Assembly (NCBI GenBank): GCA_041695355.1
Contig: JBGFRB010000002.1
Span: 25,962 to 89,961, forward strand
Source of the DNA: Bacillota bacterium
Lineage (GTDB): Bacteria > Bacillota > Dethiobacteria > Dethiobacterales > Dethiobacteraceae
DNA length: 64,000 nucleotides
Direction: 5' to 3'
Below the pieces are notes generated by a model. That model was given only the letters and a program-made list of their open reading frames with translations, was not told the DNA's origin and did no database searches. Every line of letters begins with the position of its first letter. The stretch's first letter is position 1. The position numbers and the translations under genes are program-made. This document shows positions 25,057 through 34,295 of the stretch, piece by piece.

Positions 25057-25872
25057 ATGCTGGAAATCAAGCCGCGTGTAAAAATAAAGGTATCTTCCGT
25101 CAGTAAACAATGGTCTGTGGCGGCAGGGAAACAGGGATTGCATGAGGGGCAGAGGTTTGCCGCCCTCGAAGATGTCAGCCTTGAAGTTTACGAAGGCGAG
25201 TTCCTTTGTCTGCTTGGTCCAAGCGGCTGCGGCAAAACAACCCTGCTTAATATCCTGGCAGGTTTTGAACGCCCTACCTCCGGAAGCGTGCTGATTGACG
25301 GTGCGCCTGTCGAGAAGCCGCATCCCAGGCGCATTACCATTTTTCAGGAATACGCCCTGCTGCCTTGGCGTACTGTGCTGGGCAACGTAGAGTTTGGCCT
25401 GGAGATGGCGCGGGTACCTAAACAGCAGCGGCGCCGCAAGGCGAAAGAGTTGCTTGATCTGGTAGGGTTGACGGGCGCGGAGGGCAAGATGACGTGGGAA
25501 CTTTCAGGCGGTATGCGCCAGCGGGTGGCGGTAGCGCGTTCGCTGGCTGTTGACCCCGATGTTCTGTTTATGGATGAGCCGTTCGGAGCTTTGGACGCAC
25601 TGACACGGATCAGGATGGAGGAAGAGTTGGTCCGCATCTGGCTGCAGAAAAAAAAGACGATTGTTTTTGTCACCCACGACATTGACGAAGCGGTGTACCT
25701 TGCCGACCGGATAGTCGTCTTTACCGCCCTGCCCGGGCGTATCCGGGAAATTATCCCGGCTTCTGCCGGCCGGCCGCGGGACAGGACAGGCTTTGATTTT
25801 GTCCGGCTGCGGGAAAAAGTGTTTGCGGCGCTTTCGCTAGGGCATAAAGAGGCGGTCGAATACTACCTCTAA
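25057..25872 (+). CDS. ABC transporter ATP-binding protein (NitT/TauT family)
   Basis: Walker [10 protein letters not shown], signature LSGGMRQRV and Walker B LFMDEP. Confidence 0.85.
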   Translation: MLEIKPRVKIKVSSVSKQWSVAAGKQGLHEGQRFAALEDVSLEVYEGEFLCLLGPSGCGKTTLLNILAGFERPTSGSVLIDGAPVEKPHPRRITIFQEYALLPWRTVLGNVEFGLEMARVPKQQRRRKAKELLDLVGLTGAEGKMTWELSGGMRQRVAVARSLAVDPDVLFMDEPFGALDALTRIRMEEELVRIWLQKKKTIVFVTHDIDEAVYLADRIVVFTALPGRIREIIPASAGRPRDRTGFDFVRLREKVFAALSLGHKEAVEYYL

Positions 25873-26996
25873 AATTTCCAGATGTCGGCCACTTTTTTCA
25901 ACTCTGTGGAAACGGCCATCAGCTCCTGCACCAGCACGCTGGTTTCCTGGGAACTGGCAGCGGAGTTTTGAGCAACTGCCGAGATGGACTGTACATTGCC
26001 AAGCATCCCGCCCGTGTCGTCTGACTGTTGCTGAGACGCTTCCGCGAGACGGTTAATGGTGGCCGCGGTTGCATCCATTTGCCCGGTAATGGAGCTAAAC
26101 GCTTCTGCCGTATCCCTGGTCAGGTTCGTGCTGGTCTGGATGGCCTGAACTGTGCCTTTAATGGCCAGTTGAATTTCCGCGATAATGGCCGCCACTTTCT
26201 GGGTGGCGGCGCCGGAGTTTTCCGCCAGGCGGCGCACTTCCTCCGCCACCACGGCAAAGCCGCGTCCCTGCTCCCCGGCGCGGGCGGCCTCTATGGCCGC
26301 GTTTAGGGCCAGCAAGTTGGTTTGTGAAGCAATATCTTCAATAACCTGCATGAACTCTCCGATTTTGGCGGAGCTTTGCTGCAAAACGGCCATCTGTTCC
26401 CCTACACGGGTCATGCTCCGGCTGACATTTTCCACCGCTTCTCCGCCGTGCCTGGCTGTACGGCCGGTATCGTTAACTGCCTGGGCAGCCTCGTGGGCCT
26501 GCCTGGCGGACTGTACCGATGAGGCAGCCATCTTCTCAATACTTTTCAGCAGTTGCCCAACCTGCACAGCCTGCTCACTGCTGCCGCTGCGCACCTGCTC
26601 TGTTCCGGCCATAATTTGGCCGGCGGCGGCAGCCAGTTTGTCGTTAATGTCCCTTACCAGGCCGAACCACTTGCGCGTGCCCTTGACCATCCGGCGGATA
26701 TTCTCGGCCAGTTCATTAATCTGGCCCCAACCATAATCTTGCTTTTCAGTCACATCGGAGAGGTCGCCCCTGATAGCTCTGGCGGTGTTATTTATAGAAG
26801 TACTGACTGCTGAATCCACAGAGGCCAGGACAAGATAGCAGGTAGTCAGCGCAACTGCCATGCCAAGGAGCAGCGCCGGCAGCAAACCGGCCCAGGCGCC
26901 CCAATGCCACCCGGCGGTGGCAAACACGGCGGCAATTAAACTTAGTAAGGCGGCAAGTATCATTATCCTGACCCGAAACTGCTGCAAAAGAGTCAA
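25869..26996 (-). CDS. methyl-accepting chemotaxis protein with a minimal extracytoplasmic loop
   Basis: Two N-terminal TM segments, a HAMP-like segment and the conserved signalling hairpin ([31 protein letters not shown]). The start may be the ATG at 26963. Its stop overlaps the convergent ABC gene stop. Confidence 0.85.
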   Translation of the reverse strand: MTLLQQFRVRIMILAALLSLIAAVFATAGWHWGAWAGLLPALLLGMAVALTTCYLVLASVDSAVSTSINNTARAIRGDLSDVTEKQDYGWGQINELAENIRRMVKGTRKWFGLVRDINDKLAAAAGQIMAGTEQVRSGSSEQAVQVGQLLKSIEKMAASSVQSARQAHEAAQAVNDTGRTARHGGEAVENVSRSMTRVGEQMAVLQQSSAKIGEFMQVIEDIASQTNLLALNAAIEAARAGEQGRGFAVVAEEVRRLAENSGAATQKVAAIIAEIQLAIKGTVQAIQTSTNLTRDTAEAFSSITGQMDATAATINRLAEASQQQSDDTGGMLGNVQSISAVAQNSAASSQETSVLVQELMAVSTELKKVADIWKF

Positions 26997-27098
26997 CTCC
27001 TTAGTAAAATTGTAAAGCCGTGAACTGCTTATTTTTTCACCAAGAACCGTTTATCTCCTGCTGGTAATTGGCAGAAAAATTAAAAAAGGAGGCCGGAT

Positions 27099-28229
27099 AT
27101 GACGGAACAAAAAGGATTTGGCAGCGGGCGAGGGCGCGGCGGGGAGTTCCCCACGCGCCTGGTCCAGAGCGGCGTGCGCTTTGACACGGTTACCGGGGCC
27201 ATCAGCGTGCCCATTTACCAGTCGGCCACTTTTGCCCATCCGGGACTGGGCGCTTCCACCGGCTACGACTATACCCGCTCGGGCAATCCCACCAGGCAGG
27301 CGCTGGAGGAGGCGCTGGCCGACCTGGAAGGAGGTTACGCCGCCTGTTGTTTCTCCTCCGGCCTGGCGGCACTGACGGCTGTCTTTTTGTTATTCAAGTC
27401 CGGAGATCACCTGCTGCTCGGAGAGGATTTGTACGGCGGCACTTACCGCCTGCTGGACCGCATTTTTACCCGCTTTGGCCTGACGGCCAGCTATGTCGAT
27501 ACCACTGACCCTTCGGCGGTAGAGTCATCTTTGCGGCCTGAGACTAAAGCGCTCTTGCTGGAATCGCCGTCTAACCCCATGCTGAAAACAAGTAACCTGG
27601 CAGGGCTGGCCCGTCTTTGCCGGGAACGGAGTGTGCTCAGCGTGGTGGACAACACTTTGCTGACGCCTTACCTGCAGCGGCCGCTGGAGTTGGGCTGTGA
27701 CCTTGTCGTACACAGCGCCACCAAGTACCTGGGAGGCCATAATGATTTACTGGCCGGCGTGGTGGCAGCCGGTAACAAACAGCTGGCTCAGGAAGTGGCC
27801 TTTGTACAAAACGCCGCCGGCTCTGTACTGGCACCGCATGACTGCTGGCTGTTGCTGCGCGGGTTAAAGACGCTGGCCGTCAGGCTTGACCGGCAGCAGC
27901 AAAATGCGGCTATGCTGGCCGCCTGGCTGGGCAGTCACACGCTGGTGGAAGAGGTTTATTATCCCGGAGTCGGGGCCATGCTCTCTTTTCGCCTTAAGGA
28001 GGCGGCCCTTGTCGCGCAGGTTCTTGGGAAGGTGCAGGTAATTTCCTATGCGGAGTCGCTCGGCGGGGTGGAGTCGCTGATTACTTACCCGCTGCTGCAG
28101 ACCCACGCCGATGTGCCTGAAGCAACACGCCGGCGCCTTGGCATTGACGACCGGCTGCTGAGGCTTTCCGTAGGCATTGAGCATGTCGCCGACCTGCGCG
28201 CTGATTTGGAGCAAGCGCTGCGCAGCTGA
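27099..28229 (+). CDS. PLP-dependent trans-sulfuration enzyme (cystathionine gamma-synthase / beta- or gamma-lyase family)
   Basis: YTRSGNPT, the PLP-lysine context [10 protein letters not shown], and [18 protein letters not shown]. Confidence 0.85.
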   Translation: MTEQKGFGSGRGRGGEFPTRLVQSGVRFDTVTGAISVPIYQSATFAHPGLGASTGYDYTRSGNPTRQALEEALADLEGGYAACCFSSGLAALTAVFLLFKSGDHLLLGEDLYGGTYRLLDRIFTRFGLTASYVDTTDPSAVESSLRPETKALLLESPSNPMLKTSNLAGLARLCRERSVLSVVDNTLLTPYLQRPLELGCDLVVHSATKYLGGHNDLLAGVVAAGNKQLAQEVAFVQNAAGSVLAPHDCWLLLRGLKTLAVRLDRQQQNAAMLAAWLGSHTLVEEVYYPGVGAMLSFRLKEAALVAQVLGKVQVISYAESLGGVESLITYPLLQTHADVPEATRRRLGIDDRLLRLSVGIEHVADLRADLEQALRS

Positions 28230-28234
28230 CAAGT

Positions 28235-28984
28235 TTATCTTTTAAAGATTTCAGTTATGCTTAATTCCAGTCCGGCAAAAAAATAGGACCTCAAAATATC
28301 GCCCTGCCTGTAGGCGATGTATTCATCAACGGCAAAGTCTTTGAAGCCGTAGACTAACACCGACTGCTTATCGGGATCAACCACCCAGAATTCCCTTACC
28401 CCGGACAGCATAAACGTGTTGAGCTTATCCACCATGTCTTTGGAGCGGGTGCTTTTGGAGAGGATTTCAATGCACATGGCGGGTGTTCCCATGTATCGCC
28501 CTTTTTCGTTGACCGCCCTCTCCAGATCACAGGCAATAAGCAAATCCGGCTGCATCACATCGGGTGTCTGGAAATCTTTTTTGTGGAAATGCACATCAAA
28601 AGGCGCGTAAAAAACCTTGCATTTACCGTCCTTCAGAAAGGCCCGCAAGCTTACAAACAGGTTGCCGGAAATATCCTGATGGAAGGTATCGGGCGAAGAT
28701 AAGAGAACGATTTCGCCGTTGATATATTCCATTCTGAGTTCACTTTTTTCGTAAATATCCATGAACTCCTCGTAGGAAACCTTCTTGCCGCCGTACACGT
28801 AATCCAGCGCCTGCTCTTTGACCGTAAAATAGCGCTCGATTTCCGTGATATAAGGCGTAAGCCGCACCGCCTTTTTGCCGTTCTTGGTAATAATAACTTC
28901 GTGGTCGGCCATTACATAGTCCAGGTACAATCCCAGGTTGGTCTTAAACTCAGTGGCTGTAATCACCTTCGTGGTGTCGTTCAT
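28235..28984 (-). CDS. fusion protein: N-terminal Phd/YefM-like antitoxin domain plus C-terminal Uma2 (DUF820) family endonuclease domain
   Basis: N-terminus ITATEFKTNLGLYLDYV...VIITKNGKKAVRLTPY (Phd/YefM pattern). C-terminus EYINGEIVLLSSP...H...APFDV...PDLLIAC...IEILSKSTRSKDMVDKLNTFMLSGVREFWVVD (Uma2 pattern). Confidence 0.65.
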   Translation of the reverse strand: MNDTTKVITATEFKTNLGLYLDYVMADHEVIITKNGKKAVRLTPYITEIERYFTVKEQALDYVYGGKKVSYEEFMDIYEKSELRMEYINGEIVLLSSPDTFHQDISGNLFVSLRAFLKDGKCKVFYAPFDVHFHKKDFQTPDVMQPDLLIACDLERAVNEKGRYMGTPAMCIEILSKSTRSKDMVDKLNTFMLSGVREFWVVDPDKQSVLVYGFKDFAVDEYIAYRQGDILRSYFFAGLELSITEIFKR

Positions 28985-29088
28985 TATTCATCACCACCGT
29001 ACGATATTTATGATAACCATAACATATAGCACGAAATATGGCAAGGCCAATATTAACGTACGATATGCTGCAATTTAATTGACAAACA

Positions 29089-29125
29089 CGCCCCCCTGTA
29101 TTACTGTATGTAATACAGGGGGGCG
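29089..29125. promoter_or_regulatory. 37-bp palindrome (16-bp perfect arms) overlapping a TTGACA box in a divergent intergenic region; candidate operator
   Basis: CGCCCCCCTGTATTAC-tgtat-GTAATACAGGGGGGCG read directly. TTGACA lies at 29079-29084. The palindrome ends 5 nt before the ATG at 29131. Confidence 0.6.
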
Positions 29126-29130
29126 GAAAA

Positions 29131-30510
29131 ATGTTTAGTGTGCGACTGCCAAAAGAACTGGAAGAAAAACTGGCCTTGGTGTCTGCCCGGCGGCGGGTAA
29201 GCAAATCAGACCTTGTCAGGGAAGCGCTCCAGGATTATCTTGGTAAGAATAAGTCAACAGCAAATCCCTATGCGCTGGGGGAAGATCTTTTCGGCAGGCA
29301 AGGCAGCGGGTTGGGAGACGATACGGTAACGTATAAAAAAAGAGTCAGGGAAAAAATCAATGACTTGGACTGGGAGACGAAACTGATTCATGCCGGACTG
29401 GACCCTGATGAGCACTACGGCGCGCTGAGTGTCCCGGTGTACCATTCCTCGACCTACCGGCAGCGTTCCGTAGAGGAGCCGGGACGCTACGAGTACGGCC
29501 GCTCGGGCAATCCGACCCGTAACGCGCTGGAAACGCTGATTACTGAACTTGAAGGCGGTCAATGCGGCTTTGCCTTTGCCTCAGGGGTGGCAGCCATTGC
29601 TTCGGCGCTCAGCCTGCTGGAAACGGGGCAGCACGTCCTGGCTTGCCGGGATATCTACGGCGGCACGTACCGGCTGCTGACCGGTCTTTTCCCGCGCTTT
29701 GGCATCACGCACAGTTTTGTGGACGCCAGCGACCCGGAGGCGGTGGCCCGTGCAATCCGCCCGGAAACAAAGGCGTTATTCCTGGAGACGCCGTCCAACC
29801 CACTGCTGAAAATAACCGACCTGGCGGCCTGCGCCAGGCTTGCCCGGGAACGCGGCCTCTTCACCATTGTTGACAATACTTTTATGACGCCGTACCTGCA
29901 GCGCCCGCTTGAACTTGGCTGTGACGTGGTCGTTCATTCCGCCACCAAGTTCCTGGGAGGCCACAGCGATGTGGTGGCCGGCCTGACGGTGACGGCCGAC
30001 AGGGAACTGGCGGCCCGTCTGCGTTTTGTGCAGACCGCTTTTGGCGCCGTACTCGGACCGCAGGACAGCTGGCTCGTAATGCGTGGCATCCGGACACTGA
30101 AAGTGCGGATGGACGCCCAGCAGGAAACGGCCCAAAAACTTGCGGAATGGCTGAGCTCGCACCCGACGGTCAGGAAGGTTTACTTTCCCGGCTTGCCCGG
30201 TCATCCCGGCGCCGGGCTGCACACCGCCCAAAGCAGCGGTCCGGGTTGCGTGCTGAGTTTTACGCTGGCTGACGGCGAATCAGCCAGACGCTTTTTACGT
30301 GCCGTGCACCTGCCGGTGCCGGCTGTCTCCCTTGGCGGAGTGGAAAGCATCTTAACCTACCCGGCCACTATGTCCCACGCCGCCCTGCCCGCTGCCTGGC
30401 GGGAGGAGCTTGGAGTGGGAGACGACCTGGTAAGGCTGTCGGTCGGCCTGGAATCGTTTGCCGACTTAAAAGCGGGACTGGAGCGGGCACTGATGGCCGG
30501 TAAATCATAA
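29131..30510 (+). CDS. in-frame fusion of a ribbon-helix-helix (CopG-like) domain to a PLP-dependent trans-sulfuration enzyme
   Basis: Residues 1-40, MFSVRLPKELEEKLALVSARRRVSKSDLVREALQDYL, fit an RHH pattern. From about residue 80 (WETKLIHAGL) onward it is a full paralog of 27099-28229 (GRSGNPT, HSATKFLGGH). No stop separates the two parts. An internal TTG just before DWETK could also start an enzyme-only product. Confidence 0.7.
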   Translation: MFSVRLPKELEEKLALVSARRRVSKSDLVREALQDYLGKNKSTANPYALGEDLFGRQGSGLGDDTVTYKKRVREKINDLDWETKLIHAGLDPDEHYGALSVPVYHSSTYRQRSVEEPGRYEYGRSGNPTRNALETLITELEGGQCGFAFASGVAAIASALSLLETGQHVLACRDIYGGTYRLLTGLFPRFGITHSFVDASDPEAVARAIRPETKALFLETPSNPLLKITDLAACARLARERGLFTIVDNTFMTPYLQRPLELGCDVVVHSATKFLGGHSDVVAGLTVTADRELAARLRFVQTAFGAVLGPQDSWLVMRGIRTLKVRMDAQQETAQKLAEWLSSHPTVRKVYFPGLPGHPGAGLHTAQSSGPGCVLSFTLADGESARRFLRAVHLPVPAVSLGGVESILTYPATMSHAALPAAWREELGVGDDLVRLSVGLESFADLKAGLERALMAGKS

Positions 30511-30598
30511 CAAGATTAAAATGCTGTAATCTTGCTCTTGCAAAACATTGTTAAACAGATATATTTAAGATAAGAAATATATTTAAGGAAGTGAGCAG

Positions 30599-31834
30599 AT
30601 GTTTGACTTTTTGCTGACGGAGGAACAGTTGCGGTTGCGGGAGCAGGTGCGGACTTTTGTGCGGGGAGTTGACCGGCAGTTAATCCTGGATATGGACGCT
30701 GACAAAGTTACATACCCGGCTGACTATGTGCGCGGACTGGCTGCTGAGCGGCTGCTCGGCCTGCGCTTCCCGGAAAATCTGGGAGGCCGGGCCCTGGGAT
30801 GGGCGGATGAAATCGTGGCGCTTGAAGAAGTGGGGGTGCTGGGCACCTCTCTAGGCTGCCTGTATTCCCTGCCAAGCATTGTCGGTGAGGCGATCCACCG
30901 CTTCGGTACGGCAGAACAACGGGAGAAATACCTGAAAGGCACACTTGCCGGAAGGCTCTTTACGGCTGAGGCTCTGACCGAGCCGCGCGGCGGGTCGGAC
31001 TTTTTCGGCGCCACCACCGTGGCCTGCCGGGAGGGGGACGAGTACGTTTTAAACGGGCAGAAACGCTTTATTGTCGGCGCGGAAGGCGCGGACTATTTTC
31101 TTGTTTATGCCAAGACCGACCCGGCGGCGCCGCCGCACGAGTCAATGAGCGCCTTCCTGGTGGATCGCGGTCCCGGTGTGGAAGTAAAGCATCTGTACGG
31201 CCTGATGGGTACAAGGGGCGGAGGCGCCGGCAGAGTCCTCTTCCGCGAGGCGCGTGTTCCTGCCGCCAATCTGGTGGGCCGGGAGAACGGGGCGGCGGAA
31301 ATTTTTTACCAGATGATGATTCCGGAACGGATGACCAGTGCCGCCGCGGCGCTCGGGATGGCTAGGGCGGCGCTCGAAGTGGCCGTGGACTATAGCAGCA
31401 AGAGAAAGGCTTTTGGCCGGAAAATCAAAGATTATCAGGCGGTCAGCTTTAAGATAGCCGACAGCATTACCAAGCTGGATGCGGCGCGCTCGCTGGTTTA
31501 CACGGCAGCCGCGGCGGTCGACCGTGGTGTGCCTCCCGCCCTGCAGCGCCGTCTGGTTTCAGAGGCAAAGAAGTTTGCCACGGAAACGGCCTGGGAAGTA
31601 GTCAACCACGCCATGCAGGTGCTGGGCGGCATCGGCTATACCAATGTTTACCCGGTAGAGCGTATGCTGCGGGACGTCCGACTGATTATGATCTGGACCG
31701 GCACCAATGAAATCATGGATCTGATTATCCAGCACGAATTTTACAAAGAGCAGCTGGCGGCAGGCCCGCGGGGCAGAAATATCGAAAAAGACGCCCCGGA
31801 AGCCGACAATCTGGAGGAAAAAGTGTACGAGTAA
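30599..31834 (+). CDS. acyl-CoA dehydrogenase family protein
   Basis: TEPRGGSDF and QVLGGIGYT motifs. It is about 70 percent identical by eye over 240 aa to the partial ORF at 63275. Confidence 0.85.
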   Translation: MFDFLLTEEQLRLREQVRTFVRGVDRQLILDMDADKVTYPADYVRGLAAERLLGLRFPENLGGRALGWADEIVALEEVGVLGTSLGCLYSLPSIVGEAIHRFGTAEQREKYLKGTLAGRLFTAEALTEPRGGSDFFGATTVACREGDEYVLNGQKRFIVGAEGADYFLVYAKTDPAAPPHESMSAFLVDRGPGVEVKHLYGLMGTRGGGAGRVLFREARVPAANLVGRENGAAEIFYQMMIPERMTSAAAALGMARAALEVAVDYSSKRKAFGRKIKDYQAVSFKIADSITKLDAARSLVYTAAAAVDRGVPPALQRRLVSEAKKFATETAWEVVNHAMQVLGGIGYTNVYPVERMLRDVRLIMIWTGTNEIMDLIIQHEFYKEQLAAGPRGRNIEKDAPEADNLEEKVYE

Positions 31835-31931
31835 AAAATAATCAACACAAGAAAAATTTGTGCAGGGAAATTTAATCCGGCAGCGAATTTCAGACAATTG
31901 AAAATATTTTTAGCAGAAAGGGGAACTGCGT

Positions 31932-32246
31932 GTGAGTTTGCGGGAACTTTTCTTAGGGTTGCAACAAAAGCTGGCCGGCCGGCAGATGAAAGGGTTAAAC
32001 GCCATTTACCAGTTTGAGCTGGATGGTGAGGAAACAGGTGTTTATCACCTTGCCTTTACTGACGGCGCCGGAAAAGTAGGTGAAGGTCCTGTCGCAGACC
32101 CGAACCTGACGGTGACCATGAACAGCGGGGATTTTCGCGCTATGCTGGCCGGTGAACTTAACCCGGCGGCGGCATTCATGGGCGGGAAGCTGAAGATCAA
32201 AGGCGACATGAGCTTGGCCATGAAATTACAGTCTTTCCTGAGTTAA
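31932..32246 (+). CDS. SCP2 sterol-carrier-like domain protein
   Basis: 104 aa, ending in the pattern AAFMGGKLKIKGDMSLAMKL typical of SCP2. Confidence 0.7.
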   Translation: MSLRELFLGLQQKLAGRQMKGLNAIYQFELDGEETGVYHLAFTDGAGKVGEGPVADPNLTVTMNSGDFRAMLAGELNPAAAFMGGKLKIKGDMSLAMKLQSFLS

Positions 32247-32259
32247 GGAGGATGAGAGA

Positions 32260-33084
32260 ATGCTGAACGGAAGAGTTGCTGTTGTAACCGGCGGTTCCAG
32301 GGGGCTGGGCCGGGCGGACGCGCTGGCTCTGGCGCAGGCCGGCGCCGATGTGGTAATCACCGATATTTTGCTGGAAAGTGACGGCAGTGCCGCGGCCGCG
32401 GCTGAGAAGTACGGCGCCTTAAACCAGTTTCTGCAAAGTTCCGGGGCGGTGTACGCCGAACAGACAGCAGCGGAAATCCGGGCCATGGGACGTCGCTCCG
32501 TGGCTTTGCGGCTGGACGTTACCGACCGGGAGGAAGTCAGGCAGGTGATGGCCCGGGTTAAGGAGGAGTTTGGCTCGCTGGATATAATGGTGAACAACGC
32601 TGCTACCCTGGATCATACGGCGCAGCTGGAAAACCAGCGCGACGATCTGTGGGAGAGAGACCTGCGGGTCAACCTGACCGGCACTTACAACTGCTGCAAG
32701 GCAGTCTGGCCGTATATGAAGGAGCGGGGCTGGGGGCGGATTATTAACATGGCTTCCGTGGCCGGAACGCTGGGTGGCTTCGGCCAGGCCAGCTATTCAA
32801 CCACCAAGGCCGGCGTTTTGGGACTGACCCGCAGTCTGGCCCTGGAAGGCGCTCGGCACAACATTACAGTCAACGCTATCGTGCCGGGCATTATCAATAC
32901 CGAAGCATTCCGCATGGGCAATCCCAAGATGAACGAGCGCATGATTAACCGCACCGCCTTCCGGCGTCCGGGCGAGCCGGAAGACATCGCTAACGCCATT
33001 GCCTTTCTGGTGTCCGACAACGCGAAGTACATCACCGGCATTTCCTTAAACGTTTCCGGAGGAATTGAGCTCTTTACCTTCTAA
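32260..33084 (+). CDS. SDR-family oxidoreductase (3-hydroxyacyl-CoA / 3-oxoacyl reductase type)
   Basis: TGGSRGLG, NNAA and YSTTK motifs. Confidence 0.85.
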   Translation: MLNGRVAVVTGGSRGLGRADALALAQAGADVVITDILLESDGSAAAAAEKYGALNQFLQSSGAVYAEQTAAEIRAMGRRSVALRLDVTDREEVRQVMARVKEEFGSLDIMVNNAATLDHTAQLENQRDDLWERDLRVNLTGTYNCCKAVWPYMKERGWGRIINMASVAGTLGGFGQASYSTTKAGVLGLTRSLALEGARHNITVNAIVPGIINTEAFRMGNPKMNERMINRTAFRRPGEPEDIANAIAFLVSDNAKYITGISLNVSGGIELFTF

Positions 33085-33108
33085 ATTTTTGGCGGGAGGT
33101 CATACCTG

Positions 33109-34260
33109 TTGCGTGAAGTTGTGATCGTGGAAGCCGTCCGCACGCCCATCGGGCGGCGTGGGGGCCTGCTTTCCGGCCTGCGGGCCGAGGAACTGGCGGC
33201 AGTCCCGTTGCGGGAAGTAGTGCGGCGGGCCGGCATTGATGCGGCTCTGGTGGAAGACGTGATTATGGGTTGTGTCTCGCAGGTCGGCGAGCAGGCCATG
33301 GATGTCGGCCGCGTGGCGGCGCTGGTGGCCGGTTATCCGGTTCACGTGCCGGCGGTGACTATTGACCGGCAGTGCGGCTCCAGCCAGCAGGCCGTCCATT
33401 TTGCCGCGCAGGCGATTATGGCCGGCGACATGGAAGTGGTGGTCGCGGCCGGTGTGGAAAGCATGAGCCGCGTGCCGATGGGTTCTTCACTGCTAAATGC
33501 GGGGGTAAGCCCGGCACTGTGCTCCAGGTATGAAATTGTGCCGCAGGGAGTATCAGCCGAGCTGATTGCCCGCCAGTGGCAACTTTCCAGGGAGGAACTG
33601 GACAGCTTCAGTCTGACCAGCCACCGCCGGGCTGTGGCTGCCGTAGCGGAAGGGCGCTTCCGCAAGGAAACCGTGCCGGTGGAAGCTCCCCAGGCCGATG
33701 GCACGATAAGGACAGTTGATGCGGATGAAGGCCCCCGGCCGGCAACCTCACTGGAGAAGCTGGCCGCGCTGATGCCGGCGTTTAAACAGGACGGGGTGGT
33801 AACGGCGGGCAACTCCAGCCAGATCAGTGACGGGGCGGCTGCAGTGCTCCTGATGTCGGCCGACAGGGCCAGGGAGCTTGGCCTGAAAGCCCGGGCGCGT
33901 CTTGTCTGCAGGGTTGTGGTCGGCTCCGACCCGACGCTGATGCTGACCGGGCCTATTCCGGCAACGGAAATGGCCCTGGCCAAAACGGGGCTGAAGATGA
34001 AAGACATTGATCTCTTCGAAGTAAATGAAGCGTTTGCGCCGGTACCGCTGGCCTGGGCCAGGGAGCTTGGGGCTGACCATACAAAAGTCAATCCGAACGG
34101 CGGCGCCATTGCCCTCGGCCATCCGCTCGGCGCGAGCGGCGCACGCCTGATGGCCACCATGCTGCACGAGCTGGAGCGGACCGGAGGGCGCTACGGCCTG
34201 CAGACCATGTGTGAAGGGTACGGGATGGCCAATGCCACTATTATTGAACGCCTTGACTGA
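33109..34260 (+). CDS. thiolase (acetyl-CoA C-acyltransferase family)
   Basis: Active-site contexts DRQCGSSQQA, NPNGGAIALGHP and CEGYGMA. TTG start after GGGAGG. Confidence 0.88.
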   Translation: MREVVIVEAVRTPIGRRGGLLSGLRAEELAAVPLREVVRRAGIDAALVEDVIMGCVSQVGEQAMDVGRVAALVAGYPVHVPAVTIDRQCGSSQQAVHFAAQAIMAGDMEVVVAAGVESMSRVPMGSSLLNAGVSPALCSRYEIVPQGVSAELIARQWQLSREELDSFSLTSHRRAVAAVAEGRFRKETVPVEAPQADGTIRTVDADEGPRPATSLEKLAALMPAFKQDGVVTAGNSSQISDGAAAVLLMSADRARELGLKARARLVCRVVVGSDPTLMLTGPIPATEMALAKTGLKMKDIDLFEVNEAFAPVPLAWARELGADHTKVNPNGGAIALGHPLGASGARLMATMLHELERTGGRYGLQTMCEGYGMANATIIERLD

Positions 34261-34295
34261 TAACAAGCCCGTCAGGCGGGCCGGGAGGGACGCTG

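Noticed and set aside
25869-25872. Convergent ABC ATPase and MCP genes whose stop codons overlap (CTAA), with no terminator between them.
   Set aside because: This is real but commonplace in compact genomes, and I attach no functional claim to it.
26997-27098. Expected a SAM (S-box) riboswitch or T-box leader upstream of the trans-sulfuration gene. The same expectation applied upstream of cysK (20061-20219).
   Set aside because: The gaps are only about 100 and 160 nt. I could not find the conserved S-box or T-box core sequences or a terminator/antiterminator pair. The only structure is the hairpin at 20089-20120, which belongs to the upstream gene.
33342-34160. 272-aa minus-strand ORF antisense to the thiolase gene. 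Similar long antisense ORFs occur at 34743-35612, 36662-37603, 38630-39259, 60005-60787 and 60534-61547.
   Set aside because: Their products are Ala/Arg/Pro/Ser-rich strings with no motifs, as expected from stop-poor antisense frames in GC-rich coding DNA. The + strand genes they overlap all carry clear family motifs.
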